Of a stretch of DNA of 22,509 bases, positions 1 through 11,268 are shown one piece after another. Positions within the stretch are counted from its first letter, which is position 1, and every line of letters begins with the position of its first letter. The stretch is from Methanobacterium sp. (GTDB lineage Archaea; Methanobacteriota; Methanobacteria; Methanobacteriales; Methanobacteriaceae): the NCBI GenBank assembly GCA_003166335.1, contig PMWA01000067.1:16939-39447 (forward strand), in the 5' to 3' direction. Made by a program: the position numbers and the translations under genes. The notes under the pieces were generated by a model, which did not search any database, was not told where the DNA came from, and saw nothing but the letters and a program-made list of their open reading frames with translations.

Positions 1-669
1 ATAATTAAATTTAGAGATGATATCACAGCTGGTGATGGTGAAAAAAAAGATAACCTTACCAGAAAAGGTTATTATAATTCTGTTATCTCCGCTAAATTTT
101 TTGAATTACTGGAGGATGGTGGAGTTAAAACTCAATATATTAAAATATTAGAGCCTGGATTAATGTTATCCCATAAATTGGATATGCTACCACTAGAAAT
201 TATAACTCGGAATATAGCTGCGGGAAGTCTTGTTAGAAAGTTTCCATTCAAGGCTGGGCAGGAATTTGAACCTCCTATTATACAGATGGATTATAAAAAT
301 GATGAATACCATGATCCTATGTTGAATGACGATATAACATTGGCATTGGATTTATCAACTAATGACGAACTTGAAAGAATCAGAGAAATCACACTCCGTA
401 TCAATGACGTTTTAAAGGGTTTCCTTAAAGATAAAAATATTATTTTACCCGACTTCAAAATTGAATATGGTAAGGATTATCGTGGAGAAATAGTTTTAGG
501 TGATGAGATAAGTCCTGACACCTGCAGATTCTGGGATGCTCAAACCTTTGACGTTTTAGATAAGGATTTATTCCGAAAGGGAGAATCCAATGTAATAGAC
601 GCATATCAGCAGGTAGCATCACATATACTGAATGATGAAGATAAAAATAAGTGGAAATTAAATTTCTAA
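1..669 (+). CDS. purC: Phosphoribosylaminoimidazole-succinocarboxamide (SAICAR) synthase, 5'-truncated by the window edge
   Basis: Frame 1 is open from base 1 ([17 protein letters not shown]...KGYYNS), so the ORF-track start at 163 is internal. Motifs [32 protein letters not shown] and LDKDLFR are present. Confidence 0.97.
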   Translation: MIKFRDDITAGDGEKKDNLTRKGYYNSVISAKFFELLEDGGVKTQYIKILEPGLMLSHKLDMLPLEIITRNIAAGSLVRKFPFKAGQEFEPPIIQMDYKNDEYHDPMLNDDITLALDLSTNDELERIREITLRINDVLKGFLKDKNIILPDFKIEYGKDYRGEIVLGDEISPDTCRFWDAQTFDVLDKDLFRKGESNVIDAYQQVASHILNDEDKNKWKLNF

Positions 670-727
670 TTATTGAATTATTACTTTATTCATAACATTA
701 TTAAAGAAAAAATTGGTGTAATCTATT

Positions 728-988
728 ATGAAATACTATGCAGAGGTTAAAATAAGTTTAAAGAAAGGCATGCTCAATCCTGAAGCGGCTACTATACAAA
801 GAGCTTTATCCCTTCTAGAATACCAAGTGGAAAATACTAAAACCATCCAAATAATAAAATTCTCTCTAACTGGAGAGAATGAGAAAAATATCCATGAGGA
901 AGTGGATGAAATGTGCCAGAGATTACTCTGCAACCCCGTTATCCATAATTATGAGATAAAAATAACCCCCCAATTGAAGGATGAATAA
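728..988 (+). CDS. purS: Phosphoribosylformylglycinamidine synthase subunit PurS
   Basis: 86 aa with [10 protein letters not shown] and [10 protein letters not shown] motifs; lies between purC and purQ. Confidence 0.96.
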   Translation: MKYYAEVKISLKKGMLNPEAATIQRALSLLEYQVENTKTIQIIKFSLTGENEKNIHEEVDEMCQRLLCNPVIHNYEIKITPQLKDE

Positions 989-991
989 AGA

Positions 992-1645
992 ATGAAAGTA
1001 GGTATTATTAGATTTCCAGGCTCCAACTGTGACCGTGACGTATTCCACGCTTTAGAGTTAGCAGGAGGACAACCCAGTTATATTTGGTGGAATCAGAGGA
1101 ATCTTTCAGATTTTGAGGCAATTGTAATACCTGGCGGGTTCTCCTACGGAGATTACGTGAGAGCCGGAGCCATAGCGGCCATTACACCTATTATAGACGG
1201 CGTTAAAGAAATTGTTAAAGAAGAGAAACCAGTATTAGGAATTTGTAACGGAGCGCAGATACTGGCAGAGGTGGGTTTGGTTCCAGGAGTATTCACCACA
1301 AATAGTAACGCTAAATTCATATGTAAATGGACTGAGTTAAAGGTTAAAACCAAACGTACACCATTCACCAGCATGTATCAGCAAAATGAAGTCATTAAGA
1401 TGCCCATAGCTCATGCTGAAGGCCGTTACTATAATGATGAAATGGAGAAACTCCAAGATCAGGATCAAATAGTGTTAGCCTTTGCAAGTGAAAACCCTAA
1501 CGGATCACTAGAGGCTGTGACTGGAGTTTGTAATGAAAATGGATTAGTTTGCGCAATAATGCCCCATCCTGAAAGAGCTTCTGAACGTATTTTAGGATCA
1601 GTTGATGGTTTAAAATTCTTTAAAGGAATGTTAAAAAAATTATAA
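992..1645 (+). CDS. purQ: Phosphoribosylformylglycinamidine synthase glutaminase subunit PurQ
   Basis: [23 protein letters not shown] (nucleophile Cys), AHAEGRY, NPNGS and MPHPER motifs. Confidence 0.98.
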   Translation: MKVGIIRFPGSNCDRDVFHALELAGGQPSYIWWNQRNLSDFEAIVIPGGFSYGDYVRAGAIAAITPIIDGVKEIVKEEKPVLGICNGAQILAEVGLVPGVFTTNSNAKFICKWTELKVKTKRTPFTSMYQQNEVIKMPIAHAEGRYYNDEMEKLQDQDQIVLAFASENPNGSLEAVTGVCNENGLVCAIMPHPERASERILGSVDGLKFFKGMLKKL

Positions 1646-1648
1646 TAC

Positions 1649-1656
1649 TTTTTTTT
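1649..1656 (+). terminator. Possible archaeal oligo-T terminator after purQ
   Basis: T8 tract directly after the purQ stop. T-tracts are common in this AT-rich DNA, so support is weak. Confidence 0.35.
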
Positions 1657-1687
1657 CTAAAAAAAATTTGATTTTGGTGAACTAGAA

Positions 1688-2392
1688 ATGGTGGTATATT
1701 TAGTAGGTGCAGGACCCGGTGATCCGGATCTTATAACTTTAAAAGCAGTTAAAATACTTAAAAATGCGGATGTAGTAATATACGATCGTCTGGCTAATGA
1801 TGAAATCCTTAAATATGCAGAGAATGCAAATTTAATCTACGTTGGAAAGAAGGCTGGTGAACATTACAAAACTCAGGATGAAATTAATCAAATCTTAATA
1901 GATGAAGCAAAAAATTATGAAAGAGTAGTGAGACTTAAAGGGGGAGATCCATTCGTATTTGGGCGTGGTGGTGAAGAAATCTTAGCTCTCCTCAAAGAGA
2001 ATATTCCAGTAGAAACTGTTCCTGGAGTAACCTCTGCAGTAGGCGTTCCCACATCAGTTGGGCTTCCAGTCACTCATCGAGGTGTGGCTACCTCTCTTAC
2101 CATTGTAACTGGTCATGAAGATCCTACTAAAAGTGAAAAACAGGTTAAATGGGATTTTAAAGCAGACACCATCATTATACTCATGGGTGTGGGAAGATTG
2201 GATGATAATACGCGTGAATTAATGAAATATAGGGACCCTAAAACTCCAGTTTGTGTTATAGAAAACGGGACCATGCCTAATGAGAGAATAATAACCGGTA
2301 CACTAGAAAATATAACGAGAAAAGATGTAAAATCACCCGCGCTTGTGATAGTAGGGCGTGTAGTGGATGTATTTCAGAGGATTCAACGATGA
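1688..2392 (+). CDS. cobA: Uroporphyrinogen-III C-methyltransferase (SUMT)
   Basis: [40 protein letters not shown] and PVTHRG motifs; GGTGA RBS upstream. Confidence 0.96.
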   Translation: MVVYLVGAGPGDPDLITLKAVKILKNADVVIYDRLANDEILKYAENANLIYVGKKAGEHYKTQDEINQILIDEAKNYERVVRLKGGDPFVFGRGGEEILALLKENIPVETVPGVTSAVGVPTSVGLPVTHRGVATSLTIVTGHEDPTKSEKQVKWDFKADTIIILMGVGRLDDNTRELMKYRDPKTPVCVIENGTMPNERIITGTLENITRKDVKSPALVIVGRVVDVFQRIQR

Positions 2393-3177
2393 AAAGTTTT
2401 AAAAATAAGTTAATAGCTGTAACTCGGCCTTTAGAGAGGAGTGGAGAGGCTGTACAGATAATTGAAGATTATGATGGAGAAGCATTTGTGGCACCCACTC
2501 TTGAACTGCAAATTTCCAGTTCCCAATCACTGATTAAATTATGTGAAAGGGTAGGTGAATTGGATTGGTTAGTATTCACTTCACCAACATCAATTTTATC
2601 TCTTTTTAAGCATTGCACTAACTTGAAAGATAATTTAAATCCTGATTGTAGAATAGCGGTTATTGGTCCACGTACGGGGAATTATCTTCTGGAATATGGA
2701 TTAAAAGCAGATATTGTTCCTGATGATTATACTGCTGAAGGATTACTCGAGGTTTTCCAGAATATTGATATTAAGTATAAGTTGATTGGTATTCCTAGAA
2801 CTTTTGCCGCACGGGATACGCTTCCCATGGGATTGGAGGATATGGGTGCAGAGGTTTTATTGGCGGAGGCTTATAAATCAGGTCTTCCTAAGGATAAAAA
2901 AAAGGTTTATCAACTTATAAAAAGCGTGATTAATAGGGAAGTGGATGCTGTTACGTTTACCAGCACTCTTACTGCTCAGAATTTATTTGAAATTGTGAAA
3001 AAAGAAGAATTGGATGATTTTCTGGAGCCTTTGAAGAATGGTGAGGTTTTAGTGGCAGTGATTGGTCCTGTAACCGCTAAACCATTAGAAGAGAGGGGCA
3101 TACCTATCATAATTCCGGATGAATACACAGTTAAAGCAATGTTAAATAAATTAAGAGACGAATTTTCAAATGAATAA
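2389..3177 (+). CDS. hemD: Uroporphyrinogen-III synthase
   Basis: IAVTRP, LVFTSP, IGPRT, YTAEGLL, VTFTS and IGPVT duplicated HemD motifs; ATGA overlap with cobA. Confidence 0.93.
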   Translation: MKSFKNKLIAVTRPLERSGEAVQIIEDYDGEAFVAPTLELQISSSQSLIKLCERVGELDWLVFTSPTSILSLFKHCTNLKDNLNPDCRIAVIGPRTGNYLLEYGLKADIVPDDYTAEGLLEVFQNIDIKYKLIGIPRTFAARDTLPMGLEDMGAEVLLAEAYKSGLPKDKKKVYQLIKSVINREVDAVTFTSTLTAQNLFEIVKKEELDDFLEPLKNGEVLVAVIGPVTAKPLEERGIPIIIPDEYTVKAMLNKLRDEFSNE

Positions 3178-3191
3178 TTTTTTTAGGGTGA

Positions 3192-3485
3192 TTGAAATTG
3201 AATAATGATAGAGGGAAAATTATAATCTGGCCAGTTTATATTGATTCAAATAGAACTCAAGCTGAAGGTAGGAGGATTCCAAGAGGATATGCAGTTAGCT
3301 CCCCGAAGTTAAGAGAAATTTCTAGGGCTGCCGGTAAATTAGGTTTGAATCCTTTAGTAGAAAAGGATAAATCATATCCTAAATTATGGTGGGAGAAATC
3401 AGGAAGAGTGATTGTAGATAAGAACATGTCTAAAAGAGAGATTATCTTGAGAATAAGTAAGATGATTAATGGATTTCGACAATGA
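3192..3485 (+). CDS. srp19: Signal recognition particle 19 kDa protein
   Basis: IIWPVYIDS...[20 protein letters not shown] motifs; TTG start preceded by GGGTGA. Confidence 0.95.
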   Translation: MKLNNDRGKIIIWPVYIDSNRTQAEGRRIPRGYAVSSPKLREISRAAGKLGLNPLVEKDKSYPKLWWEKSGRVIVDKNMSKREIILRISKMINGFRQ

Positions 3486-3684
3486 ATCCCTTTAATTTGA
3501 TACTATTAAAGAAAAATTTTTTTGGAATTATTTTAATCTCTTTTTTTTTAATCCTATTTTTTTCCTTAAATGTATTTAATTAATCCTATATAATTTTAGA
3601 AATCTATTTATAAGCATTAAATTTAATATACAGTTAAATGGAATAGAATGAATTTAATTTTATTATAATTATGGAGTTTAATGC

Positions 3685-5085
3685 ATGGTTAATAGTAAAG
3701 TAGGCATTATGGATCAAATGTTTTCTAAGGCTCATGGAATGGTTCAAGAAGCTGAAGACGTGAAGATTTATAGCCACATTGATTGTGATGGAATATCCGC
3801 CGGTGCTATACTCTCATCAACCTTGGATAGGTTAGGAATAAATCATGAAATTGAATTCATAAGTTTGGATATGATTGAAGATTTAAAAGCAGAGAATGAA
3901 CTCACCATCTTCAGTGATCTAGGCTCTGGTCAGAATCTGGATAAATTTAGTACTTCTCTCTCTAAGATTTTAATTTTAGATCATCACCCACCTCTTAGAA
4001 GTTTAAATCATGGTAATGGAAGATTTTTGGAGTTAAATCCTCACCATTATGGTATAGATGGATCATATCAGATATCTGGTGGAGGTATGACTTATCTTCT
4101 TGCCAGAACCTTTGGATTCTATGATTTAAGTTGGATTGGGGTTTTAAGTGCTGTTGGGGATATGCAGAATAGTTTAAATGGTAAACTTCAGGGTTTGAAT
4201 CATGGAATACTTAATGATGGGATTACAAGAAGTTTAGTGGATTCTGTAAATGATCTATCAATTTACGGAAGGCAGACTAGACCCTTATTTGTTGCTTTAT
4301 CCTATTTCGGTGATGTTAATCTTCCCATAACAAATAATCGTAATGAATGCATTTTAATGTTGAATAAATTAGATATTCCTACCAAGAATGGTAGAAAACA
4401 AAGATCATTATGTGATTTAACCCTAGAAGAGAAGAGAAGAATATTCTCCGAGTTGGTGAGAATGTTATCCCGTGAAGTTCCCCATAGATATGTTAAACAT
4501 ATCCCTAAACTAATATCCGGGGATGCCTATGAGTTTTTAATGGAGAAGAAGTATTCACCTTTAAGGGATGCTAGTGAATTTTCAACAGCTATTAATGCCT
4601 GCGGCCGTCATAAAAATCATCGAGTAGCCCTCGAAGTTTTAAAGGGTGATAGAGGACTTGCATTAGATGATATGGATAGCTTAACACGGAAGCATCGGAG
4701 ATATTTGGCGGAAAAGATGGATTGGGTTCGAGAGGATGAGCGGATAACTCAACTAGAGAATCTGCAGTATTTCGATGGTAATGGAATAAAAAGTGAAGTT
4801 ATTGGAACCATAGCTGGTATGATTTTAAGTTATGGTGACTGGAAAAAACCAATAATAGGTTTTACTGACATTAGTAGTGAAAAATCTGGTATTAAGGTTT
4901 CATTACGTTGTTCACGTCTCTTAGCTCATGATGGTATCCATTTCGGTAATATTATTAGGAAAGTGGCGGAGAAAGTGGGTGGCAGTGGAGGGGGTCATTC
5001 AGTGGCGTGCGGAGCTTACATACCTGAGGACAGTAGAGGTAAATTCCTACGAATATTTAATGAAACATTAAATGGTGTAATTTAA
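3685..5085 (+). CDS. DHH/DHHA1 phosphoesterase, archaeal RecJ/Cdc45-like single-stranded DNA exonuclease
   Basis: [35 protein letters not shown] and GGSGGGH..ACGA motifs; GGAG RBS at 3673-3676. Confidence 0.9.
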   Translation: MVNSKVGIMDQMFSKAHGMVQEAEDVKIYSHIDCDGISAGAILSSTLDRLGINHEIEFISLDMIEDLKAENELTIFSDLGSGQNLDKFSTSLSKILILDHHPPLRSLNHGNGRFLELNPHHYGIDGSYQISGGGMTYLLARTFGFYDLSWIGVLSAVGDMQNSLNGKLQGLNHGILNDGITRSLVDSVNDLSIYGRQTRPLFVALSYFGDVNLPITNNRNECILMLNKLDIPTKNGRKQRSLCDLTLEEKRRIFSELVRMLSREVPHRYVKHIPKLISGDAYEFLMEKKYSPLRDASEFSTAINACGRHKNHRVALEVLKGDRGLALDDMDSLTRKHRRYLAEKMDWVREDERITQLENLQYFDGNGIKSEVIGTIAGMILSYGDWKKPIIGFTDISSEKSGIKVSLRCSRLLAHDGIHFGNIIRKVAEKVGGSGGGHSVACGAYIPEDSRGKFLRIFNETLNGVI

Positions 5086-5140
5086 CGAATTCCATTATTT
5101 AGATGTGATTTATGAAAAAAACTGTGAGTGAATAAATAAT

Positions 5141-5935
5141 ATGAAGGTTTTTAAAAAGAAAGGGGAATTCACCCGACTTCAAATATTGGCTGAGATAGCT
5201 AAACAAGAACCTCATCTGCGCCAGAAAGATATCGCTGATAAACTTGGAATAACCATACAAGCCGTCTCAGAAAATATTAAAAGTTTAACGGATGATGGAT
5301 TTGTTGAGACAAGTAAAAGACCTGCCAACTATCGGATCACTAAAAGGGGAATTGAGATAGTTAAAAATGAGGCGATGAACCTCAAAAAATACGCTGACCA
5401 AGTATTGGATACTATGAATACTTATAAATCCATATGGCCAGCTATAGCTAGGGAAGAATTAAATTCAGGAGATGAAATCTGGCTGGAAATGGATGAAGGA
5501 ACCTTATACGCCACTTCGCATAAAACATCAGCTTATGCAGAAGTATTAAACAATGCTAAAAAAGGCGAAGATGTAGCTTTAATTAAATTAGGTGGTATAA
5601 TAAAACTTGAATCAGGATATGTAGTGATCATTAAACTACCCACCATAAATCATGGTGGTTCACGTGCTTCTGATCTAAAGAAGATTGAAAAAATATACTT
5701 TGATGATCAGAGAAAATTTGATCGAGTAGGTATTATGGGAACTGTATCACGGGCAGTTACTAATAAATTAGATATTCAAGCCGATTTTGAATTTGCAACA
5801 CCACAAGCTACAGTAGCTGCAGCTAAAAGAGGATTAAACGTATTAGTATTCGCTGTTGGTAAAATGACCAATACTATAATCAGGAAACTGGAAAATGAAG
5901 GAATTAACTACGTCATCGAAGATGTTAAAAAATGA
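5141..5935 (+). CDS. Winged helix-turn-helix transcriptional regulator with a conserved archaeal C-terminal domain
   Basis: N-terminal [24 protein letters not shown]...YRITKRG wHTH; C-terminal [11 protein letters not shown] segment typical of this euryarchaeal family. Confidence 0.85.
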   Translation: MKVFKKKGEFTRLQILAEIAKQEPHLRQKDIADKLGITIQAVSENIKSLTDDGFVETSKRPANYRITKRGIEIVKNEAMNLKKYADQVLDTMNTYKSIWPAIAREELNSGDEIWLEMDEGTLYATSHKTSAYAEVLNNAKKGEDVALIKLGGIIKLESGYVVIIKLPTINHGGSRASDLKKIEKIYFDDQRKFDRVGIMGTVSRAVTNKLDIQADFEFATPQATVAAAKRGLNVLVFAVGKMTNTIIRKLENEGINYVIEDVKK

Positions 5936-6138
5936 AATATCTACATTAATTATTATTTTTAATCATTAGATTTTCTTAGAAGTCATAAGTGATTTTCAAG
6001 TTTATATAAGATTTATTTTTTTAAATTAAATTTTTAATGAATTTATTTTAATTATAGTGTTATAATCAATACATAGACTTAAAAATTTTTAATAATAATT
6101 AAACTTAGTTTGTTATATCCGGTTATTAAGCGATTGAA

Positions 6139-6243
6139 ATGAAAGCATTAGGATGGTGGGGTTATTATTTATTAATTCGCATAATTATAGTAGTTATAAT
6201 TATAATTGTGGTTTATATTTTATATTGGCTGCCGAAACACTGA
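6139..6243 (+). CDS. Putative 34-aa single-pass membrane microprotein (not in ORF track)
   Basis: My translation is MKALGWWGYYLLIRIIIVVIIIIVVYILYWLPKH*. It has a hydrophobic core flanked by aromatic and basic residues and ends 16 nt before the convergent pantoate kinase stop without overlap. Confidence 0.55.
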   Translation: MKALGWWGYYLLIRIIIVVIIIIVVYILYWLPKH

Positions 6244-6259
6244 ATTTACTATCATTTTT

Positions 6260-7138
6260 TTATATGAATTTACAGCCAGAATTATCAATTTTAGAAATTA
6301 AAACATCTTCAACACTTGTATCTGGAGTTTTAGATAATGCAAATACCGTGTTGCCGAGCATAGCCATTGAAGCCCCCATGGTTTCTTCTTCAAATACTTC
6401 CACTAATTCATGAAGTTCAGAATTCATTAATGAAGTTTCCTCTGCGAATTTACGGGATAATTTTATGAAAGTTTTAAGATCTGGTTTTTTTATAAGTTCA
6501 TCTAATAATTTTCTTCCGGTTTGATTAATTCTCTTTTTATAATATGGATCTTCAATTATTTTGGAGGTTTCAATTTCTCCTAAAGTTTTGCTTATAATAA
6601 AAATCTCATTATTATTATTTTTCTCAATTATTCTATCTACCATTCCTATTCCTGGAGAACCTTCTTTAATTCTTAAGACTATTCCGCCAGTTATTTCAGC
6701 CATTACATCACCCAACCCACTCTTCATCTCAATCTCCGCCAAATGAGCAAAGGAAGCTGCCTTATTAAATGTTAATGGTAAATTAAGAGTTTTAGTGAGG
6801 GCTAGTGATGTTCCTAAAGCGCATGCTGCTGAAGTTCCGAAACCTGTGCTTATGGGAACCTTAAATTCATGTTTAATATTAATCTTCTTATCTTCTAGTT
6901 TAAAACTATTTTTAATGAGATCAATTGTTTTATAAGTTATTGATGCATTTTTAGGGTCATATTTACCATTTATTTTTACTTGAACATCCTCTGCACCATC
7001 TTCTATTTTAAGTTCGGTTAGAATCCCCTTATCTAAAACTACTCCTGCTCCACGTGATCCTTTATAAAGAGGATTATGATGGTCAAAAATCTGAAAAAAC
7101 CCGGTGATATGTCCAGGTACGAATATAGAACATTTCAT
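6260..7138 (-). CDS. pok: Pantoate kinase (archaeal GHMP kinase, CoA biosynthesis)
   Basis: FVPGHITGFF, GSRGAG, PISTGFGTSAA (GHMP P-loop), AHLAEI..SGLGDV and SMAMLGNTVF motifs. Confidence 0.92.
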   Translation of the reverse strand: MKCSIFVPGHITGFFQIFDHHNPLYKGSRGAGVVLDKGILTELKIEDGAEDVQVKINGKYDPKNASITYKTIDLIKNSFKLEDKKINIKHEFKVPISTGFGTSAACALGTSLALTKTLNLPLTFNKAASFAHLAEIEMKSGLGDVMAEITGGIVLRIKEGSPGIGMVDRIIEKNNNNEIFIISKTLGEIETSKIIEDPYYKKRINQTGRKLLDELIKKPDLKTFIKLSRKFAEETSLMNSELHELVEVFEEETMGASMAMLGNTVFALSKTPDTSVEDVLISKIDNSGCKFI

Positions 7139-7370
7139 TTTATAATCACTACTACTAGTTTATGGAAAAAATATTTAATGACTTTTCTATAAAAATTTTT
7201 AAGATATAAAAAAATTCGGGTAAGAATTTAGAACTTAGATAGAGTTATTTGAAAAACAGAACCTTTAATATATCTCTAGATTATTTATGCATATATTCAT
7301 ATTATTATTTTTAGGTTAGATATATTACTGTTTAAGATTATAAATTAAGAATAAGTATTTGAAAGGATGA

Positions 7371-8051
7371 ATGGGAGGATTATTTACGAGCAAGAGAATA
7401 GATTTTCATACTCATAGTATATTTAGTGATGGTGAGCTTCTTCCTTCAGAGATAGCTAGGCGTGCGCAGGTTCTTGATCATGAGGCGGTTGCTATAACTG
7501 ATCATGTGGATTCTTCGAATATTAATAGTGTGGCTAATGTGATTAGTACTGTTATTGATATTCGGGATAATTGGGATATTGAAGTTATTCCTGGAGCTGA
7601 AATAACTCATGCACCGGTTGAGATCATCAATAAACTTGCTAATAAAGCAAGGAAATTGGGTGCTGAGATTATAGTGGTTCATGGTGAGACGTTGATGGAG
7701 CCTGTTCTTGAGGGAACGAATTTTACGGCTGTTAATTGCCAGGAGGTTGATATTTTAGCTCATCCCGGACTTATAACAATTGAAGAAGCGGAGATTGCCA
7801 GGGAGAATGATATTGCATTGGAGTTAAGTTCTAGGAGAGGACATTGTCTAGGTAATGGTCATGTTGCCCAAGTAGCATTAAAAGTAGGTGCTAATCTGGT
7901 AATGGATACTGATACTCATGCACCTCAGGATTTAATATCTTATGATACTGCATATCAAATAGCTTTAGGTGCTGGAGTGCCTGAAAAAGAGATTTATAAA
8001 ATTTTAAGAAGTAATCCTGTGAATATCTTAAAGAAGAAAGGATTAATCTAA
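7371..8051 (+). CDS. PHP-domain (histidinol-phosphatase-like) hydrolase
   Basis: [35 protein letters not shown] and DTDTH metal-binding motifs. The start is uncertain (7371 or 7386). Confidence 0.9.
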   Translation: MGGLFTSKRIDFHTHSIFSDGELLPSEIARRAQVLDHEAVAITDHVDSSNINSVANVISTVIDIRDNWDIEVIPGAEITHAPVEIINKLANKARKLGAEIIVVHGETLMEPVLEGTNFTAVNCQEVDILAHPGLITIEEAEIARENDIALELSSRRGHCLGNGHVAQVALKVGANLVMDTDTHAPQDLISYDTAYQIALGAGVPEKEIYKILRSNPVNILKKKGLI

Positions 8052-8212
8052 AAAAATCATTTATCTTATTATTTTATTAAAAAATCATCACTTTTTTGTT
8101 TTTTGTAATATTATTAATTCCAAAGAATTTCAATTAACATGTTAAACATTCATGGAAAAATTTAATTAATAGATGAAACAGAATAAAGGTTATTTAAGGG
8201 GTGTAAAAAAGG

Positions 8213-8374
8213 ATGAACGAAAAACTTCAGGGTATTATATACATTATAATTGCCATTCTAATAATAGTGATAATGCTAGAAGTTCCTTGGTTTTATGTCT
8301 ATTTAATATGGATAATAGCCATTGGATTAATAATAGCGGGTGTATATCTACTTATATTAAAAAATAGATATTAA
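8213..8374 (+). CDS. Putative 53-aa two-helix membrane protein (not in ORF track)
   Basis: My translation is MNEKLQGIIYIIIAILIIVIMLEVPWFYVYLIWIIAIGLIIAGVYLLILKNRY*. It has two hydrophobic helices, a basic tail and a GGGGTG RBS 9 nt upstream of the ATG. Confidence 0.7.
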   Translation: MNEKLQGIIYIIIAILIIVIMLEVPWFYVYLIWIIAIGLIIAGVYLLILKNRY

Positions 8375-8401
8375 AATTTTTTTTTTAATCCTTCTTTTTA
8401 T

Positions 8402-9061
8402 TTATTTAATCATAGTGTATTCTAATACTAAATCTTTTCCTAGTGTATAATTTTTTTTAAGTTTTAGTTTAAACGCTTCCCTCATATAATCGACTCCTTC
8501 TCCTCCAACTAAAGTTTTAGCCTTCACTCCTCCAATTATCATAGGGGCTATGCATACTCTAACTTCGTCAACCAACCCCGCCTGGATCATGGAGTAATTT
8601 AAAGTGGATCCACCCTCTAGCATTAAGGTTCTCACTCCTCTTTGAAACAGTTCATTCATTAGGATGGGGAGATCAACTTTATCTTCCCCACTTATCACTA
8701 CCTCTACATTTGCTGCTTTATCTTTTAAGGCTTGAAGTTTATGATGTGGTGCTTTCTCAGTAACAGCAATTAAAGTGGGCGCTTCATCATTTAGTACGCG
8801 TGATTTTAGGGGTATTCTAGCTCTGCTGTCTAAAACTATTCTTAATGGATTATCTGATTTTTCTGCAGGTATTTTATGAATTGTTAATCGTGGATCATCC
8901 GCTATTACTGTGTTTATTCCAACCATAATGGAGTCAAAATCTTTTCTAAGCTTGTGAACTCTTATGAGGTCTTCTGAACCAGAAATTTCTGAACTTCCCG
9001 TTTTTGTGGTTATTTTACCATCCAAAGTCATGGCAGAGTTTAAAATTATATATGGTTTCAT
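8402..9061 (-). CDS. arfC: 2,5-diamino-6-ribosylamino-4(3H)-pyrimidinone 5'-phosphate reductase (RibD C-terminal/Rib7 type)
   Basis: PYIILNSAMTLDGKI, VHKLR, IMVGINTVIADDPRLT, NPLRIVLDS and LMLEGGSTLN motifs; no deaminase domain. Confidence 0.93.
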   Translation of the reverse strand: MKPYIILNSAMTLDGKITTKTGSSEISGSEDLIRVHKLRKDFDSIMVGINTVIADDPRLTIHKIPAEKSDNPLRIVLDSRARIPLKSRVLNDEAPTLIAVTEKAPHHKLQALKDKAANVEVVISGEDKVDLPILMNELFQRGVRTLMLEGGSTLNYSMIQAGLVDEVRVCIAPMIIGGVKAKTLVGGEGVDYMREAFKLKLKKNYTLGKDLVLEYTMIK

Positions 9062-9206
9062 ATTACTTCCACCTTAAAAAATTATTTGTTTAAAAACTTT
9101 AAATTTTATTATTTTTTATCTATTATTTTAATCATTTTATAAATTATTAATAACAAAATAAAATGGATATTCAGAAAATATGATTTAAAGAAGAGGACGA
9201 TTTGAA

Positions 9207-9590
9207 ATGAATGATCATCGCTATCAAACGGGTAAGAATAATCTTGAAAAAATGAATGATAATGGATTTAAGAGATTAAAAAAAAGTTTAGATGATATTG
9301 CACCTGATTTAGTTCGTTTTGTGGTGGAATTTCCTTATGGAGATATTTATTCACGTTCAGGGCTTGATTTAAAATCCAGGGAAATTGCAACTGTAGCTGC
9401 ACTTACAGCTTTAGGTAATGCTCAGCCTCAACTTCAAAGCCATATAGAAGGTGCTTTAAATGTGGGTTGCACTCGTGAAGAGATTGTAGAAGTGATAATC
9501 CAAATGGCAGTTTACGCGGGATTCCCCGCATCTATAAATGGTATAACCGCTGCAAAGAAAGTATTTGAAAGATTAGATGATGGAAAATAA
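9207..9590 (+). CDS. Carboxymuconolactone decarboxylase family protein
   Basis: [30 protein letters not shown]...[35 protein letters not shown] upstream. Confidence 0.92.
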   Translation: MNDHRYQTGKNNLEKMNDNGFKRLKKSLDDIAPDLVRFVVEFPYGDIYSRSGLDLKSREIATVAALTALGNAQPQLQSHIEGALNVGCTREEIVEVIIQMAVYAGFPASINGITAAKKVFERLDDGK

Positions 9591-9617
9591 AAAAAAATTA
9601 ATTTCAAAATTTCATTT

Positions 9618-10376
9618 TCATATTCTAAATATTTTTTTAGCATTATTTTCTGTTATTTTATCAACTTTATTGGTTGATATTGATTTTATATCTGCAATTT
9701 TTTTAACCACTTCTTCGACGAAGGATGGTTCATTTCTTAAACCTTTAAAAGGTGATAAATAAGGACTATCTGTTTCTGTTAACATATTTGAAAGTGGTTG
9801 ATCCTTAATGAGTAATTGATGATCTTTAGAGAAGCATATAATTGTTGAAAAAGAAAGGTAGTAACCTAGATCCACTATCTTATGGGCTGTTTCAGGATCA
9901 CCACCGTAGCAGTGAAATATAATATCAGGTAGTGATGAATATTTCATTACTATATCCAACGCCTCTTTTTCAGCTTCACGTGCATGTATCACTAATGGCA
10001 ACTCATATTCACTTGCTAATTCTATGAATGTTTTAAATACTTTTATTTGTCTTTCTTTACTTTTATCATTATTTAATTCGTGATAATCAAGTCCAGTCTC
10101 ACCGATTGCTACAATTTTATCAATACTTTCTTTGATCTCGTTTAATGCCTTTTCAATTATATCATAATCGGCTTTTGATGCGTTTAATGGGTGAAATCCT
10201 AAGGTGGGATATAGGAATCCCTTATATTCATCTGTAAATTTTAATGTGCGTCTATTACCACCTAAACTTGCCCCAGAGTTGATAATAGCCTTCAATTTAT
10301 GTTGAGCTCTATCCATTATTTCTTCCCGATTCTTATTATATTCTTTAAAATCAATGTGACAATGAGTATCTATCAT
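9618..10376 (-). CDS. tatD: TatD family hydrolase/DNase
   Basis: [29 protein letters not shown] and ETDSPYL motifs. Confidence 0.94.
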   Translation of the reverse strand: MIDTHCHIDFKEYNKNREEIMDRAQHKLKAIINSGASLGGNRRTLKFTDEYKGFLYPTLGFHPLNASKADYDIIEKALNEIKESIDKIVAIGETGLDYHELNNDKSKERQIKVFKTFIELASEYELPLVIHAREAEKEALDIVMKYSSLPDIIFHCYGGDPETAHKIVDLGYYLSFSTIICFSKDHQLLIKDQPLSNMLTETDSPYLSPFKGLRNEPSFVEEVVKKIADIKSISTNKVDKITENNAKKIFRI

Positions 10377-10456
10377 AAATTTATACTCCTACAAATTGAA
10401 ATATGGGTTACCTGTATTGTTAATATTGAAAAAATAGCATTTAAATAGAATTATTT

Positions 10457-11224
10457 TTAAATTCCATATCTTCTTTCTCTTTGTTGATATGATCTTAACG
10501 CTCGTAGAAAATCTACTTTCCTGAGTTGAGGCCATAAACTATCGCAGAAGTAAAGTTCAGAGTAGGATGACTGCCATAATAAAAATCCACTGAGTCTTTC
10601 TTCGCCACTGGTTCTTATTATTAAGTTGGGATCTGCAAGTCCGGCTGTGTAAAGGTTTTCATTAACTATTTTCTCATCTATATCCTCAGAATTTATTTTT
10701 CCTTCCTTAACTTCATTTGCAATCTTTTTTATTGCATCCACTATCTCTAAACGTCCATCATAACCTATGGCAATGTTCATTAATCTTTTATCATAATTAG
10801 CGGTGGATTTTTCAGCTATTTTTATAGCTGTTCTCACATCATCCGGCAGTAATTCTAATTGACCTACAGCCTTTATTTTCACTTGATTTTTATGTATTTT
10901 CTTATTTTGAGCTATATCTTCAAAATTCTCTTTAAAAAGATTCATCAAACCTTCAACTTCTTTTTTTGGTCTTTTAAAATTCTCGGTTGAGAAGGCGTAG
11001 ACTGTAACTATCTCTATTCCAAGATCAACACACCAATCCAAAAACTGTTCCAGAGTACTTATACCACGTTTATGACCTTCAATGGGATCTATACTTCCTT
11101 GTATTTTTGAAAATCTTCTGTTACCATCCATTATGATAGCTACATGTTGGGGCATGTTTTCTGTTCGTAGATTTCTTGAGATATACCACTCGTATACTGT
11201 GTAAATTGGCTTTAGAACTGACAT
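10457..11224 (-). CDS. uppS: cis-prenyltransferase (undecaprenyl/polyprenyl diphosphate synthase)
   Basis: [24 protein letters not shown] and [25 protein letters not shown] motifs. Confidence 0.97.
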   Translation of the reverse strand: MSVLKPIYTVYEWYISRNLRTENMPQHVAIIMDGNRRFSKIQGSIDPIEGHKRGISTLEQFLDWCVDLGIEIVTVYAFSTENFKRPKKEVEGLMNLFKENFEDIAQNKKIHKNQVKIKAVGQLELLPDDVRTAIKIAEKSTANYDKRLMNIAIGYDGRLEIVDAIKKIANEVKEGKINSEDIDEKIVNENLYTAGLADPNLIIRTSGEERLSGFLLWQSSYSELYFCDSLWPQLRKVDFLRALRSYQQRERRYGI

Positions 11225-11268
11225 TCCTACTCCTTGATGATAAATTTATTAATCCCTGACAAGTCCCT

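Noticed and set aside
6153..6413. 86-aa + strand ORF from the track
   Set aside because: More than half is antisense to pantoate kinase, and its 5' part is better explained by the 34-aa ORF in another frame.
8173..8367. 64-aa ORF from the track
   Set aside because: Unnatural composition and no RBS; it is an off-frame shadow of 8213..8374.
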